Below are positions 16,420 to 26,022 of a stretch of DNA of 57,375 nt, piece by piece. The stretch's first letter is position 1. Every line of letters starts with the position of its first letter. Source of the DNA: a virus (lineage: Duplodnaviria; Caudoviricetes); IMG/VR virus record IMGVR_UViG_3300033150_001333, positions 1 to 57,375 of that record, one strand, 5' to 3'. The notes below the pieces were generated by a model, which saw nothing but the letters and a program-made list of their open reading frames with translations, made no database searches and was not told the origin of the DNA. The translations under genes were made by a program, and so were the position numbers.

Positions 16420-17628
16420 TTAAATAAATTTAGCTAAATTATTTACTTCTTTGGCAAAAGGTGAAAATAAAGGCGGTTTATAAGGTCTTTTTCTACACCA
16501 AATGTCAATTATGGCCTTAGCTAATAAATAGTTGTCTTCTAGCATGTCATTTGAACAAGCTCCGCTATTTAGTGCTTGCTGAGCCATTTCATACATTGTT
16601 TGTTTAGAGTTTTCTAGCATTTCATTTATTTGCTCTTTAACTTGTTTGAGTTTTTGTTCTTCAGTCATTTTTACTTACCTCCTTTCTTTATATAGTATTA
16701 TTTAATGCATTTTTAATAGCTTGTATCTTGCCTCTTTCATAATCATTGTAAGGTTTATGCTTTACAACTTTCTTTAAAATATTCATAGATGCTCTTTTAG
16801 CGATTTGACAGCCATGATAATACCCCAATTTATACGTTTTTTCCCCATCGTTGTTTGTTACAAACTCTCCATTATGATAATAGCCTTTTCCTATATAATG
16901 TTTACCATTTTGATACATCGTTACTCCTCTCCTTTCTTCAAAATTTTCTCCGTCACCCGCTCAGTACCAATAAGATGCCGACGGAGAGTAGTTATTTCAG
17001 CCTGCAATTTGGCAAGGCATTGAGGGCAAATTCCATGTGTTACGCCCGTGCCTTGCTTTTGCCCTATTACCTTTTTGCACCAAGCACAGATGATAGTCAT
17101 AGTATCACCTCCCTTCAAAATATTCCTTTTCACAATGCCTAGAGCAGAAAACTAAATGCAAATCCGTTTCAAAAGCACGCCGTATTTTTACGGGATAGCG
17201 TGCTTTCTTTTCATAGCAATTAGAACAAACATCAGGATAGTTTCCCTTTTTGAGCCAGTCCCGATGAGGATGAAATACTTCCCAGTTTTCAGGATATTTG
17301 ATTTTCATTTTATCACCTCCTTTTTTTATTTCAACGGGATAACTATCCCGTCATACCGCCAGTATTTCAATTTATCTTTGTCAGAATGCAAACAAAGAGG
17401 CATTCCTCTAGGGTCTGAGCAAATATCAACATGAAGTCCCCATTTCTTGGCTATTTCCTTAACTTTCTTTTCAAGTTTTATTACTCTTTTTTCTTGTCTA
17501 GGAGTTAGGCCGTAATTGCAATGCTGTGTGTATAGATTGTGTAGAGAGCGAGCCAACCTTTTCAATTCTTCATAATCTGCTAGAAACTCTTTTAAATCCT
17601 CAATGTTTTTGATGTTTTTCATTTTCAA
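16420..17628 (-). CDS. Cluster of five small early genes (16420-16668, 16688-16918, 16921-17100, 17105-17308, 17326-17628)
   Basis: Closely packed with strong GGAGG(T) SDs; two carry CxxC Zn-finger motifs (CAWCKK...HGICPQC; CSNC...FCSRHC). Confidence 0.7.
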
Positions 17629-17799
17629 ACCTCCCTTATTGTTCTTTCTTTAAAAAGCTTACGATTAATATTTTCCTGTCTTCAAAGCACCACCACATTA
17701 AAAAGTGTAATCTTTCAAGCCTTAGTCCTTTTGTTACCTTTACCACTTCTTTGATTTTTTCTAACATTTTTTAATCACCTCCCTTTCTCATGATACCCT

Positions 17800-17829
17800 A
17801 TTTTAGCATAATTAAATTTTGTTTGTCAA
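17800..17829 (-). promoter_or_regulatory. Early sigma70-like promoter
   Basis: TTGACA-18 bp-TAAAAT with extended TG, upstream of the first minus-strand gene. Confidence 0.7.
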
Positions 17830-18044
17830 GCCCTATTTTAAATTTCTTTGAAAACCACATTAGACAAGGCTTTGAAAAGAATTTGCACATAACTAGCCTG
17901 TAAGCTTGATTAAAACTTATATACCTTAGCCTTCAACCCTTGCTCACAATTGAAATATGACAATATATGTCAATATATTTATTTGCTGACCTGCTTAGCT
18001 TGCTTATGTCTTCTGCTTCCTTTTATTTTGTCTTGCCTAAATAA

Positions 18045-18112
18045 ATTAAAACCATTCCTAGTCTAAAATAATTCCTAATTTAGAACCATTCTAAACTAAC
18101 ACTCATTCTAAA
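18045..18112. repeat. Four tandem 17-bp quasi-palindromes (TTTAGAA-N3-TTCTAAA-like)
   Basis: attaaaaccattcctag / tctaaaataattcctaa / tttagaaccattctaaa / ctaacactcattctaaa. Confidence 0.75.
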
Positions 18113-18298
18113 TAATATGTTTCCTTTGTTTCTGTAGAAATGATGCGTGTTTTATAAGATATGGCTGACTTAAAAAGTGTGGGAAAGGATGTCTTGCCCG
18201 CGTTAACCTCGTTAACTCACTTGGTTAACCAGTTTAGTCTAGTAAAATTGCCTAATTATATTGATTAAATAAGGGTTTTAGGGTATTATAATAGTATT

Positions 18299-18814
18299 AT
18301 GAAGCAAGGATATAAAGTAAAAAAGGAAGAAATTAGAGAAATTGTAAGACTTTATGTTAAAGAGCATTTGTCTTGTGGGAAGATTGCCAAAAAGATAGGA
18401 AAGATTAGCAGACAACAAGTATGGAATGTATTGAAAAGTTATGGAGTAAATACAACTAAAAAAGATAATGCAGAAGTTGAGGTTAGATGTGAGTATTGTG
18501 GCCAAGTTTTTAAACGGAAACGCTATATTTATTTGAAAAGTCATAAACATTTCTGTTCTTTATCATGTTACCACAAATATTTAAAATTGTCTTCTTATTT
18601 TGAGTGGAGACAAGGCCAAAGGATTGCTAGAAAAGTAATTCAATCACACTTTCCTGAAATTGATAGTTTATATCCTAATTGGGTAGCCCATCACATTGAC
18701 GGTGATTGCACTAACAATCATATTTCTAATCTTATGGCTTTTAAATGCCAAGGAGACCATATTAAATGGCATCGTTCCAAAAATAAACCTAAGCCAATTT
18801 GGCCAAAGCAATAG
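18299..18814 (+). CDS. HTH plus Zn-finger plus HNH endonuclease
   Basis: LSCGKIAKKIG..SRQQV; CEYCG...FCSLSC; VAHHIDGDCTNNHISNLMAFKCQGDHIKWH. Confidence 0.85.
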   Translation: MKQGYKVKKEEIREIVRLYVKEHLSCGKIAKKIGKISRQQVWNVLKSYGVNTTKKDNAEVEVRCEYCGQVFKRKRYIYLKSHKHFCSLSCYHKYLKLSSYFEWRQGQRIARKVIQSHFPEIDSLYPNWVAHHIDGDCTNNHISNLMAFKCQGDHIKWHRSKNKPKPIWPKQ

Positions 18815-19020
18815 CCTGCCTTTTTAATTCCTGTCAAACTGTGCCCATGTGCCCTATTTTACTTTGCTTTTCACAACCAGAGCATTGCCCTTATGCGTTC
18901 TAGTTTACTTTGTTGCTTGATTGCTTGGCTGTTTTTTTAGGCAGATGGGGGGGTAGGAAAAGGCAGGGGTGAGGGGCGTTATGAGGGGGTTATATTCCCA
19001 CCTCACTCTCCACGCCATGA

Positions 19021-19079
19021 TTTAGAATAATTCTAAATTAAGAATGGTTCTTGACAAACAGTTACAAATGTGTTATAGG
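19021..19079 (+). promoter_or_regulatory. Capsid promoter overlapped by two 17-bp palindromic boxes
   Basis: tttagaataattctaaa and ttaagaatggttcttga; TTGACA(19051)-17 bp-TATAGG with extended TG. Confidence 0.65.
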
Positions 19080-19225
19080 ATATATATCTGGCAGTATAGG
19101 AGTTCGCCACTCCGTTCTTTTATTTCTTAGTTTTCCTATTATTGGCTGTAGTAGGTTTCGCCAGCCTAAAGATAAATGGGTTTACGTGTAAACGTATAAT
19201 AAATTTATATAGGAGGTAAAGAAAG

Positions 19226-20230
19226 ATGGCAGATTGGAAACCTGGGAGTTCAATGTATGCAAAGAGGTATGCCACATCTACCTTTATTGAATATAAGACT
19301 GGTATTTGGTGGGACAAGCATGGATATGTGGGGAAGGATGAGAACAATGTAATACAGTTAATAGAGGATTTCACGAGGGAACCTGGTAATAGTATGAGGT
19401 TTTATTTGACTATGGTGCCTGAAGGAGACCCGATTGTTGATGATGATACCTTAGAAGGCAACGAGATGAATATTACCAATTACTATCAGGACGTAACGCT
19501 TCATGAGTATCGTGGTGGTATTCGTCTTTATGGTAATATGGAAGAGAAGGCGGTTGCCTTTAATATGAGGGAGACAGCGAGGAGAGTATTAGGAATTTGG
19601 AAGAGGCAGGAAACGGGTGATGCTATATTTAGTGCATTAGCCAGTTCTCCGACCAAGGTTATATATGGTGGGGATGCTACTTCTACTTCTACTTTAGAGT
19701 CTAGTGATTTATGCAATCTTAAGCTTTTATTGCATGCTGCTACTTATGCGGAAAGTGTAGCTGACCCTCGTATTCCTCCGTTAATAATAGATGGTGAGGA
19801 GAAGTATATAGTTATTTTGCACAAGCATTGTTTATCTGATATGCAGTTATATGATAGTGATTTTCGTGCATTAGGGCAGAGTGTATATCAGAGAAATAGT
19901 GATAATCCTTTGATTAAGAGGGCTGCTTTTGTTTACAATAATCTTATTGTTTATTCTACTGATAAGATACCCACTGCTGATAATTGGGGTTCTGGCGGTG
20001 ATGTTCATGGAGCTACCAATTTATTGCTTGGTGCTCAAGCAGCTCTTTTAGGTAGGGGCAAGACCAAAGGTGGAGTTATTCCTCAATTTGATTGGAGAGA
20101 GCAGACTTGGGATTATGGGCATAAATATGGTATTGCTGTTGGTGAAACCAGAGCATTAGCCAAGACTGTTTTTAATTCCAAGGACTTTTCTACTGTAGCT
20201 ATTAGGACTGCTGCTAATAGTTATGCTTAA
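19226..20230 (+). CDS. Major capsid protein, N4-gp56/DUF4043 type
   Basis: IQLIEDFTREPGNSMRF...TLEGNE...FNMRETAR...NPL...LLLGAQA...EQTWDYGHKYGIAV...KTVFNSKDF. Confidence 0.9.
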   Translation: MADWKPGSSMYAKRYATSTFIEYKTGIWWDKHGYVGKDENNVIQLIEDFTREPGNSMRFYLTMVPEGDPIVDDDTLEGNEMNITNYYQDVTLHEYRGGIRLYGNMEEKAVAFNMRETARRVLGIWKRQETGDAIFSALASSPTKVIYGGDATSTSTLESSDLCNLKLLLHAATYAESVADPRIPPLIIDGEEKYIVILHKHCLSDMQLYDSDFRALGQSVYQRNSDNPLIKRAAFVYNNLIVYSTDKIPTADNWGSGGDVHGATNLLLGAQAALLGRGKTKGGVIPQFDWREQTWDYGHKYGIAVGETRALAKTVFNSKDFSTVAIRTAANSYA

Positions 20231-20247
20231 TAAACAAGGAGGATTTT

Positions 20248-20784
20248 ATGCCAAAAAGTAAATTATCCGAGGAAGAATTGGAAAAGATTAAGGAAGAAGT
20301 AATAAAGGAAGCTTCTCCTTATTCTGAAGGTAATCTTATAATTAAGGCAAAAAAACTGCGTGAGCCAGCTCCTCCACTTGAAAAATTAGGAATAAAAGCT
20401 TCTGATGTAATTAAATGGGTTGGTCCCGTTTCAGAGGATTATCAAAATTATCCATCTATACCTGTTAAGATAAGAGGCAGGTTTGTAGATGTGGTTTTTG
20501 ATAGAGTTTATAAAGGATATAAGTATTGTGCTCATGTTCCTAATGATGTTATTAAGGCTGAAATATTTTGTAAATTCTTTTTTAATCCAGCGACAGATAG
20601 GACTGAGGTAGTTGTTAATAAGGATGTAGCTTTTGTTCTTCCCAAAGCTCAGGCAAAACAAAAGATTAGGCAGTTAAAGAGCATTTTTCTTAAAAGACAT
20701 CGCAATTCTCCTGAAGCTTATGATATAGCAGACCATGTGGTGACTGTAGCTGATGTTGCAGCAGCCTTAGGGGAGGGTTTGTGA
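20248..20784 (+). CDS. Hypothetical head-region protein
   Basis: Directly after capsid gene; SD present. Confidence 0.7.
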   Translation: MPKSKLSEEELEKIKEEVIKEASPYSEGNLIIKAKKLREPAPPLEKLGIKASDVIKWVGPVSEDYQNYPSIPVKIRGRFVDVVFDRVYKGYKYCAHVPNDVIKAEIFCKFFFNPATDRTEVVVNKDVAFVLPKAQAKQKIRQLKSIFLKRHRNSPEAYDIADHVVTVADVAAALGEGL

Positions 20785-21101
20785 TGGCTAGGGCTAAAAA
20801 GAAAAAGAAGGTTAAAGAAGGCCCTTTTTTACAAACGCCAAGAGCTAAAAAAAGACCTGGGAAGACAGTTGCTCCTAGTGGAATACAGGTAATTAAGCCT
20901 GTTAAAAAAGGGCAGAAGCCTATTGCTTTTAAAAAAGGAGCATTAACAAAACAGGCTGCCAAATATGGTATGACGCCTAGAGAGTTTTGCCAGAGCAAAA
21001 AAGGAGATTCTCCTTTAAAACGCAAGAGATGCACTCTTGCCTTTAAGGGAGCATTAGCTGCGGGAAGAAAAACATTAGCTGCTAAAAGGAAGAAAAAATA
21101 G
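20781..21101 (+). CDS. Highly basic putative DNA-condensing virion protein
   Basis: Lys/Arg-rich, KKGALTKQA...KRKRCTLAFK. Confidence 0.6.
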   Translation: MMARAKKKKKVKEGPFLQTPRAKKRPGKTVAPSGIQVIKPVKKGQKPIAFKKGALTKQAAKYGMTPREFCQSKKGDSPLKRKRCTLAFKGALAAGRKTLAAKRKKK

Positions 21102-21115
21102 GGGAGGTTAAGGTT

Positions 21116-21577
21116 ATGGGAATAGAAAAATATATTATCAGTCCATATGAGCCTGCTTCTGCATGGGCTGGTTTAATCTGGGTGGATACTTCTGCTACTC
21201 CTTATATAGTGAAGATGAGAAATAGCACTAATACAGCTTGGATTAATATATTTGGTAAAGCTAGAATAGTGGATAAGACAAGTAATTACACTGTTACTAA
21301 AGAGGATTCGTTTACTGTTTTTACCAATAAAGGTGCTACCAGCACAGTTACATTTACATTGCCTGCTGCTGAAGCTGGATTGAAATATACTTTTGTTAGA
21401 ATAGCAAGCCAAGAAGTTCGTATTGACCCTAATGGAAGTGAAACTATTGCTGGTGGTAGTGCTGGTAAATATGCTATTTTGGATGCTGACTATGAAAGTA
21501 TTACTGTTCAAGCTACCCAGACAGGCAAATGGGAAGTTGTGGCTTATTATGGCTGGGGAGGAACTTTTGAATCTTAA
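21116..21577 (+). CDS. Putative head decoration/fibre protein
   Basis: Beta-rich KTSNYTVT...VTFTLPAAEAGLKYTF. Confidence 0.65.
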   Translation: MGIEKYIISPYEPASAWAGLIWVDTSATPYIVKMRNSTNTAWINIFGKARIVDKTSNYTVTKEDSFTVFTNKGATSTVTFTLPAAEAGLKYTFVRIASQEVRIDPNGSETIAGGSAGKYAILDADYESITVQATQTGKWEVVAYYGWGGTFES

Positions 21578-21607
21578 TTAAAATAAAAATAAAGGAGGAA
21601 ATAGCAA

Positions 21608-22027
21608 ATGGCAACTGATAGTTATTTTTTAAAACATTGCAGGACAAATTTACAAGTAGGGGCAGTTGAGGGTAATTGTCTTTGTTATGTAGATACCAGT
21701 GAACATAATCTTGCCAGTGGAGATACCTGCCCAGTGCTTTATATTCCTGAGAATTGTCTTGTTAGGCGTGTTACTGTGATAAATGTTACTGCTGAAGGTG
21801 CGGCTGCTACCCTTAAAGTAGGTGATGGTAGCGATGATGATGGTTGGGATACCGATGCTAATGTGAACTCTGCTGGAACGATTACCATTGGTGATGGTGC
21901 TTATGCCAGTGCTAATGGGAAAATATATGCTTCAGCGGATACAATTGATGTTATTCCAAGCACTGATTTAGACCAAGCTACTTTTTGGGTAATAGCAGAA
22001 TTTTTCAAACTGCCTGATAATGATTAA
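21608..22027 (+). CDS. Putative capsid decoration/spike-base protein
   Basis: IPENCLVRRVTV...ATLKVGDGSDDDGW...ADTIDV; location after capsid. Confidence 0.65.
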   Translation: MATDSYFLKHCRTNLQVGAVEGNCLCYVDTSEHNLASGDTCPVLYIPENCLVRRVTVINVTAEGAAATLKVGDGSDDDGWDTDANVNSAGTITIGDGAYASANGKIYASADTIDVIPSTDLDQATFWVIAEFFKLPDND

Positions 22028-22033
22028 GTTTTG

Positions 22034-22098
22034 TTGGGGAATAAGGTATAAAAAGTGTTGATTTTTACCCATTAACTTCTGCCTTATTCCCCAATTTT
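22034..22098 (+). terminator. Long-loop hairpin/terminator after head genes
   Basis: TTGGGGAATAAGG...CCTTATTCCCCAA followed by TTTT. Confidence 0.6.
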
Positions 22099-22115
22099 AA
22101 AATAGGAGAAGTTAA

Positions 22116-22760
22116 TTGTCTCAAGTATCTACTATAATTCAATATATTGGGGATGAATTAGGGCAGGGTATAACAATAACTTCTACTTCAAGACCTTCTA
22201 CCGCAGAGATTATAAGGCGGATAAATAGAACAACCAAAACTTTTGCTAAAATTCTTGCTCAATACCAGAGTGATTTATCTAGAGAAGAAGGCACTATAAC
22301 AACTATTGCTGGCACGGCAGAATATGCTGATTTAGCAAGTGAAATGTTAACTCCAGATGACACAGCTTATTATATAGATGGAGATAGTAAAGTTCCTATT
22401 TATAAAAAAAATTACCAAGAAATTCTTTATTTACCAACTGATTCTGCTGCACCTTATTACTTTTATGTAACTAAAAACAATCATATAGGATTTTATCCTA
22501 CTCCAGATGATACTTATACAATAAAAGTGCCGTATTGGCATATTGGAAAAGAAGTTTCAAGTGAGAATGATGATATGCCATTTAAAGGAATGTTAGATGA
22601 TATTTATGTGGAAGCTATTGTAAGACGGCTTTTGAATAGAGATGAATTTAATGTTGATTTTGAAAGTAAATGGTTACAGTTTGTAACTATGAATATATTA
22701 AGCACACTTAACTTAAGGAGAGAAAATTTAACACAATTAGGGAAGAATGACTACTTATGA
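22116..22760 (+). CDS. Head-tail adaptor (P22 gp4/T7 gp11-like)
   Basis: TITTIAGTAEY...PYYFYV...IGFYPTPDDTYTIKVPY. Confidence 0.75.
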   Translation: MSQVSTIIQYIGDELGQGITITSTSRPSTAEIIRRINRTTKTFAKILAQYQSDLSREEGTITTIAGTAEYADLASEMLTPDDTAYYIDGDSKVPIYKKNYQEILYLPTDSAAPYYFYVTKNNHIGFYPTPDDTYTIKVPYWHIGKEVSSENDDMPFKGMLDDIYVEAIVRRLLNRDEFNVDFESKWLQFVTMNILSTLNLRRENLTQLGKNDYL

Positions 22761-24361
22761 GCATACGGTCTTCTAAACATCAAGGACAAACATATATATT
22801 TATTAAAAAATTTAAAGGAGTAAATATTGCCAATAGTCCTTGGTATGTAAGTGAAGAAGATGTTGGTTCTCTTTCAGTAGGAACTAATGTTATTTTTGAT
22901 AGAAATGGGGTTTTAAGAACTCGCTACGGTTTAACTCAAAAAACTTCCACTGCTTTATCAAATCCGATAGATTGTATTCATTATTTTATATATGATAAAG
23001 TAAATAATAAAAAACAATATTTAGTTACTTCAGGACATAAATTATATAAAGTCGTTCAAGGCACTACAGATTGGTCATTTACTTCAATAGGAAATTTAAC
23101 AGGAACTAATCGCCCTACTATATTTTCTTCAGAAGCTTTATTTAATGGCAAAGCTATTATAGCTTCTGGAGGTAAATTACAATCTTATGATTATACTAAT
23201 TTAGAGACTATAACAGGTGTGAGTTTACCAGAGTTTACCAGTGGTGATGGAACGCTGGACGATTTAAGTGCTCAGGGAACTTATACAGGCTCTGCTGATT
23301 ATACAGATTATGTAGTTAAAATAGATGCTAAGGGTAGTCCTGATACTTTTAAATGGTCTGATGATGGTGGTGATACTTGGGAAGCTACAGGAGTAAGTAT
23401 TACTGGTGATTGGCAGGATTTAAATAATGGTATTCAAATTAAATTTGATAACACTACTGGGCATGAAGTAGATGATTATTGGACTTTTAGGGCTTATTAC
23501 GCTCCTAAAGCAAAATGGGTAATAATGCAAACAGCCTCTTTAATTGTTTCTGGAGATTCAAATAATCCAAGTTATGTATATGCCAGTGGAGTAGGAGATG
23601 AAACAGGATGGTATACAGATAATCCAGTTAACTGGGCAAAGCGTATAGATACAGGAAATGTTATTGGATTAACTTCAGTTGGTGATTATGTTATTGCTTT
23701 TTGCCGAGACCCAGAAGAAATAAATTTATTAGATTTTATTGATTGTAAATTACGCCAGTTAGTTAAAGGTGTATCTGCAATAAATCATTATTCTATTGTT
23801 ACTATTGGCTCGTTTGTTTTTATTATTGATAATGATGGAATAAAACAAATTGCTTTAGGACGGTCAACAGGTAAAGGTAGATTAAGTGACCCTATAGGAG
23901 AAAATTTTGTTTCTCCAGATGAAGACCATGCTTTTGCTTTTTATTATCCTCCACATGCCCAATTATGGTTTATTTTTGAAAACTCAAATTATGCTTGGTG
24001 TTATCATGTTATACATAAAGCTTGGACTAAATTAGTTTTCCCAATTACTATAACATCAGCTTATTACAATCCAGATGCCCAAGAGCTTATTTTAGGTGGG
24101 AATGATGGGCATCTTTATTTATATGACCCTGATAATTTTATAGAAAGTTTTGATGTAGAAATAATTACCAAATTCTTTGAAGCAGACCCTCTTAATGAGG
24201 CTTTATATGATGTATTGGAATATACATTTGAAAAATTAAGACCAGGAACTATTACAGCTTATGCTGTTGATGAATTAGAAAATGAAACTGAAATCGGCTC
24301 TACTACATTTGGTGGTTATGGTAGAGGAACTTATGGAAGTAGTAATTATGGAGAAGGATAG
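22757..24361 (+). CDS. Tail nozzle/stabilisation protein (P22 gp10/T7 gp12-like), lacking its C-terminal strands
   Basis: FKGVN...NVIFDRNGVLRTRYG propeller start; follows adaptor; ends abruptly at GGYGRGTYGSSNYGEG. Confidence 0.75.
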   Translation: MSIRSSKHQGQTYIFIKKFKGVNIANSPWYVSEEDVGSLSVGTNVIFDRNGVLRTRYGLTQKTSTALSNPIDCIHYFIYDKVNNKKQYLVTSGHKLYKVVQGTTDWSFTSIGNLTGTNRPTIFSSEALFNGKAIIASGGKLQSYDYTNLETITGVSLPEFTSGDGTLDDLSAQGTYTGSADYTDYVVKIDAKGSPDTFKWSDDGGDTWEATGVSITGDWQDLNNGIQIKFDNTTGHEVDDYWTFRAYYAPKAKWVIMQTASLIVSGDSNNPSYVYASGVGDETGWYTDNPVNWAKRIDTGNVIGLTSVGDYVIAFCRDPEEINLLDFIDCKLRQLVKGVSAINHYSIVTIGSFVFIIDNDGIKQIALGRSTGKGRLSDPIGENFVSPDEDHAFAFYYPPHAQLWFIFENSNYAWCYHVIHKAWTKLVFPITITSAYYNPDAQELILGGNDGHLYLYDPDNFIESFDVEIITKFFEADPLNEALYDVLEYTFEKLRPGTITAYAVDELENETEIGSTTFGGYGRGTYGSSNYGEG

Positions 24362-24376
24362 TTAGGAGGTTTAAAT

Positions 24377-25882
24377 ATGGCAAGGTTACCAGTAATTGGT
24401 CAAGATGAAGATAGCTGGGGTGGTATTTTAAATGAGTTTTTACAAGTAGGACATTATGAAGATGGAACATTAAAGAGTGGATTAGGAGCATATTCAGCAA
24501 TTGTTTATATTGATGGTAGTTCTGTAATTGCAAGGGATTATAAAGGCGATTTGATTGCTTCAGGCACAGCAGGCACAGATGATTACTCTGTATTACAGGC
24601 TGCTATAAACAATCAATCAGGTCTAATCAAAGTTATAAGTGATTTGACTTTGACTAATAAAGTAGAACCTGCAAGCAATATAATTTTAGATTTCCGTGGG
24701 CAGACTATAAAATCTGCCTTTACTAATGCCATCATTCAAAAAACAACTACGGGTAATGATATTACTATAATTGGAGGGATTTTTGATTCTCAAAACAGCT
24801 ATGCCACTCCAATTGCCTTTTACAATATAACTAATTTGAGAATAATTGATGTAGAGGTTAAAGATGTCAATGTTACAGATGGTGGATATGGGATATACAT
24901 TGAGGATTGTGATTATGTTTGGATAATAAATCCAAAAATCTCAAATATAACTTCAAGAGATGGATTACAATTCAAGGGCGTGCATAATGGTTGGATTATC
25001 AATCCTTATGTGAATTCGGCTTCTATTTATGGGATTGATTGCCATGCTTCCACAACTCCAAGATATTGTGAGGATATTTATATTGTTAATCCTAAAGTTT
25101 ATAACTCTCAGAATGGAATTCATCTTGCTGATACATCCTTTCATTTAATTAATCCCCGAATTACTGGGTCATCTGCTAATGGATTGACCATTGATGGTGA
25201 TGGAACTGTAGTATATATAATTTCTCCTTACATTTATAATTCGGGTCAAAATGGTATTAATACTTACGATGCTACTAGTATAAGCTTTCTTCAGGTGATA
25301 GGTGGTGAAATAGATACGACGGGAGCAGATAAGGATGGAATGTATCTTAAGAACATAACTAAGACAAAAATTGAGAATATTTTTATTCATAATGCAGGAA
25401 GATATGGAGTGAATGTTCAGAGTGATAATATTGATATTAGTTTTGCTGAAATAAAAGATTGTGGTAATCATGGTATTTTCATTGGAGGAAAAAGTCATAC
25501 TCGTATAATCAACAATGTCATTAAAAATAATGGAGGATATGGCATTCTTGAATACACTGGTAGCGATAATAATGTGATAGAATTGAATGAATTTAGCGGT
25601 AATACTTCTGGTGCTGTTTCTAAGGTTGGCAGTAATACTAAAGTGCAAAATAATATTGGTTATGTTACCGAAAATGAAAGTTCAGCTACAATCACTAATG
25701 GCAATACCTCTGTAACGGTAAATCATGGCCTTGTTGATACTCCTACTAATATTCAGTTGACTGGCACTCATAGCGAAGTAAAAGATGCTTATGTTACAAA
25801 CCCGGGTGCTACGAGTTTTGATATTACTGTAGATGCTGCAGTAACAGCAGACAGAACAGTTTATTGGAAAGCTAAGGTATGA
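24377..25882 (+). CDS. Right-handed beta-helix tailspike/receptor-binding protein
   Basis: DDYSVLQAAIN followed by parallel beta-helix repeats (GIYIED, GIHLAD, GIFIGG); C-terminal VTVNHGLVDTP...VYWKA. Confidence 0.85.
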   Translation: MARLPVIGQDEDSWGGILNEFLQVGHYEDGTLKSGLGAYSAIVYIDGSSVIARDYKGDLIASGTAGTDDYSVLQAAINNQSGLIKVISDLTLTNKVEPASNIILDFRGQTIKSAFTNAIIQKTTTGNDITIIGGIFDSQNSYATPIAFYNITNLRIIDVEVKDVNVTDGGYGIYIEDCDYVWIINPKISNITSRDGLQFKGVHNGWIINPYVNSASIYGIDCHASTTPRYCEDIYIVNPKVYNSQNGIHLADTSFHLINPRITGSSANGLTIDGDGTVVYIISPYIYNSGQNGINTYDATSISFLQVIGGEIDTTGADKDGMYLKNITKTKIENIFIHNAGRYGVNVQSDNIDISFAEIKDCGNHGIFIGGKSHTRIINNVIKNNGGYGILEYTGSDNNVIELNEFSGNTSGAVSKVGSNTKVQNNIGYVTENESSATITNGNTSVTVNHGLVDTPTNIQLTGTHSEVKDAYVTNPGATSFDITVDAAVTADRTVYWKAKV

Positions 25883-26022
25883 AATTAACAAGATGGAGAA
25901 TATTTCCACCTACTTTATTAAGAGATAGAAGTTATAAATTTAAAATAACCAGTAGTGGAATTATGTTTAAATTATATTCTTTAAGTATAAGTATTAAAAC
26001 AGTTAAAAAGGTAGGAAATTAA
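25879..26022 (+). CDS. 47-aa peptide resembling the detached nozzle C-terminus, not in ORF track
   Basis: MKLTRWRIFPPTLLRDRSYKFKITSSGIMFKLYSLSISIKTVKKVGN; ATGA and TAATG overlaps on both sides. Confidence 0.65.
   Translation: MKLTRWRIFPPTLLRDRSYKFKITSSGIMFKLYSLSISIKTVKKVGN

Noticed and set aside
18202-18229. Three GTTAAC palindromes, and TGACAATATATGTCA at about 17958-17972
   Set aside because: Possible operators, but short, irregularly spaced and without independent support
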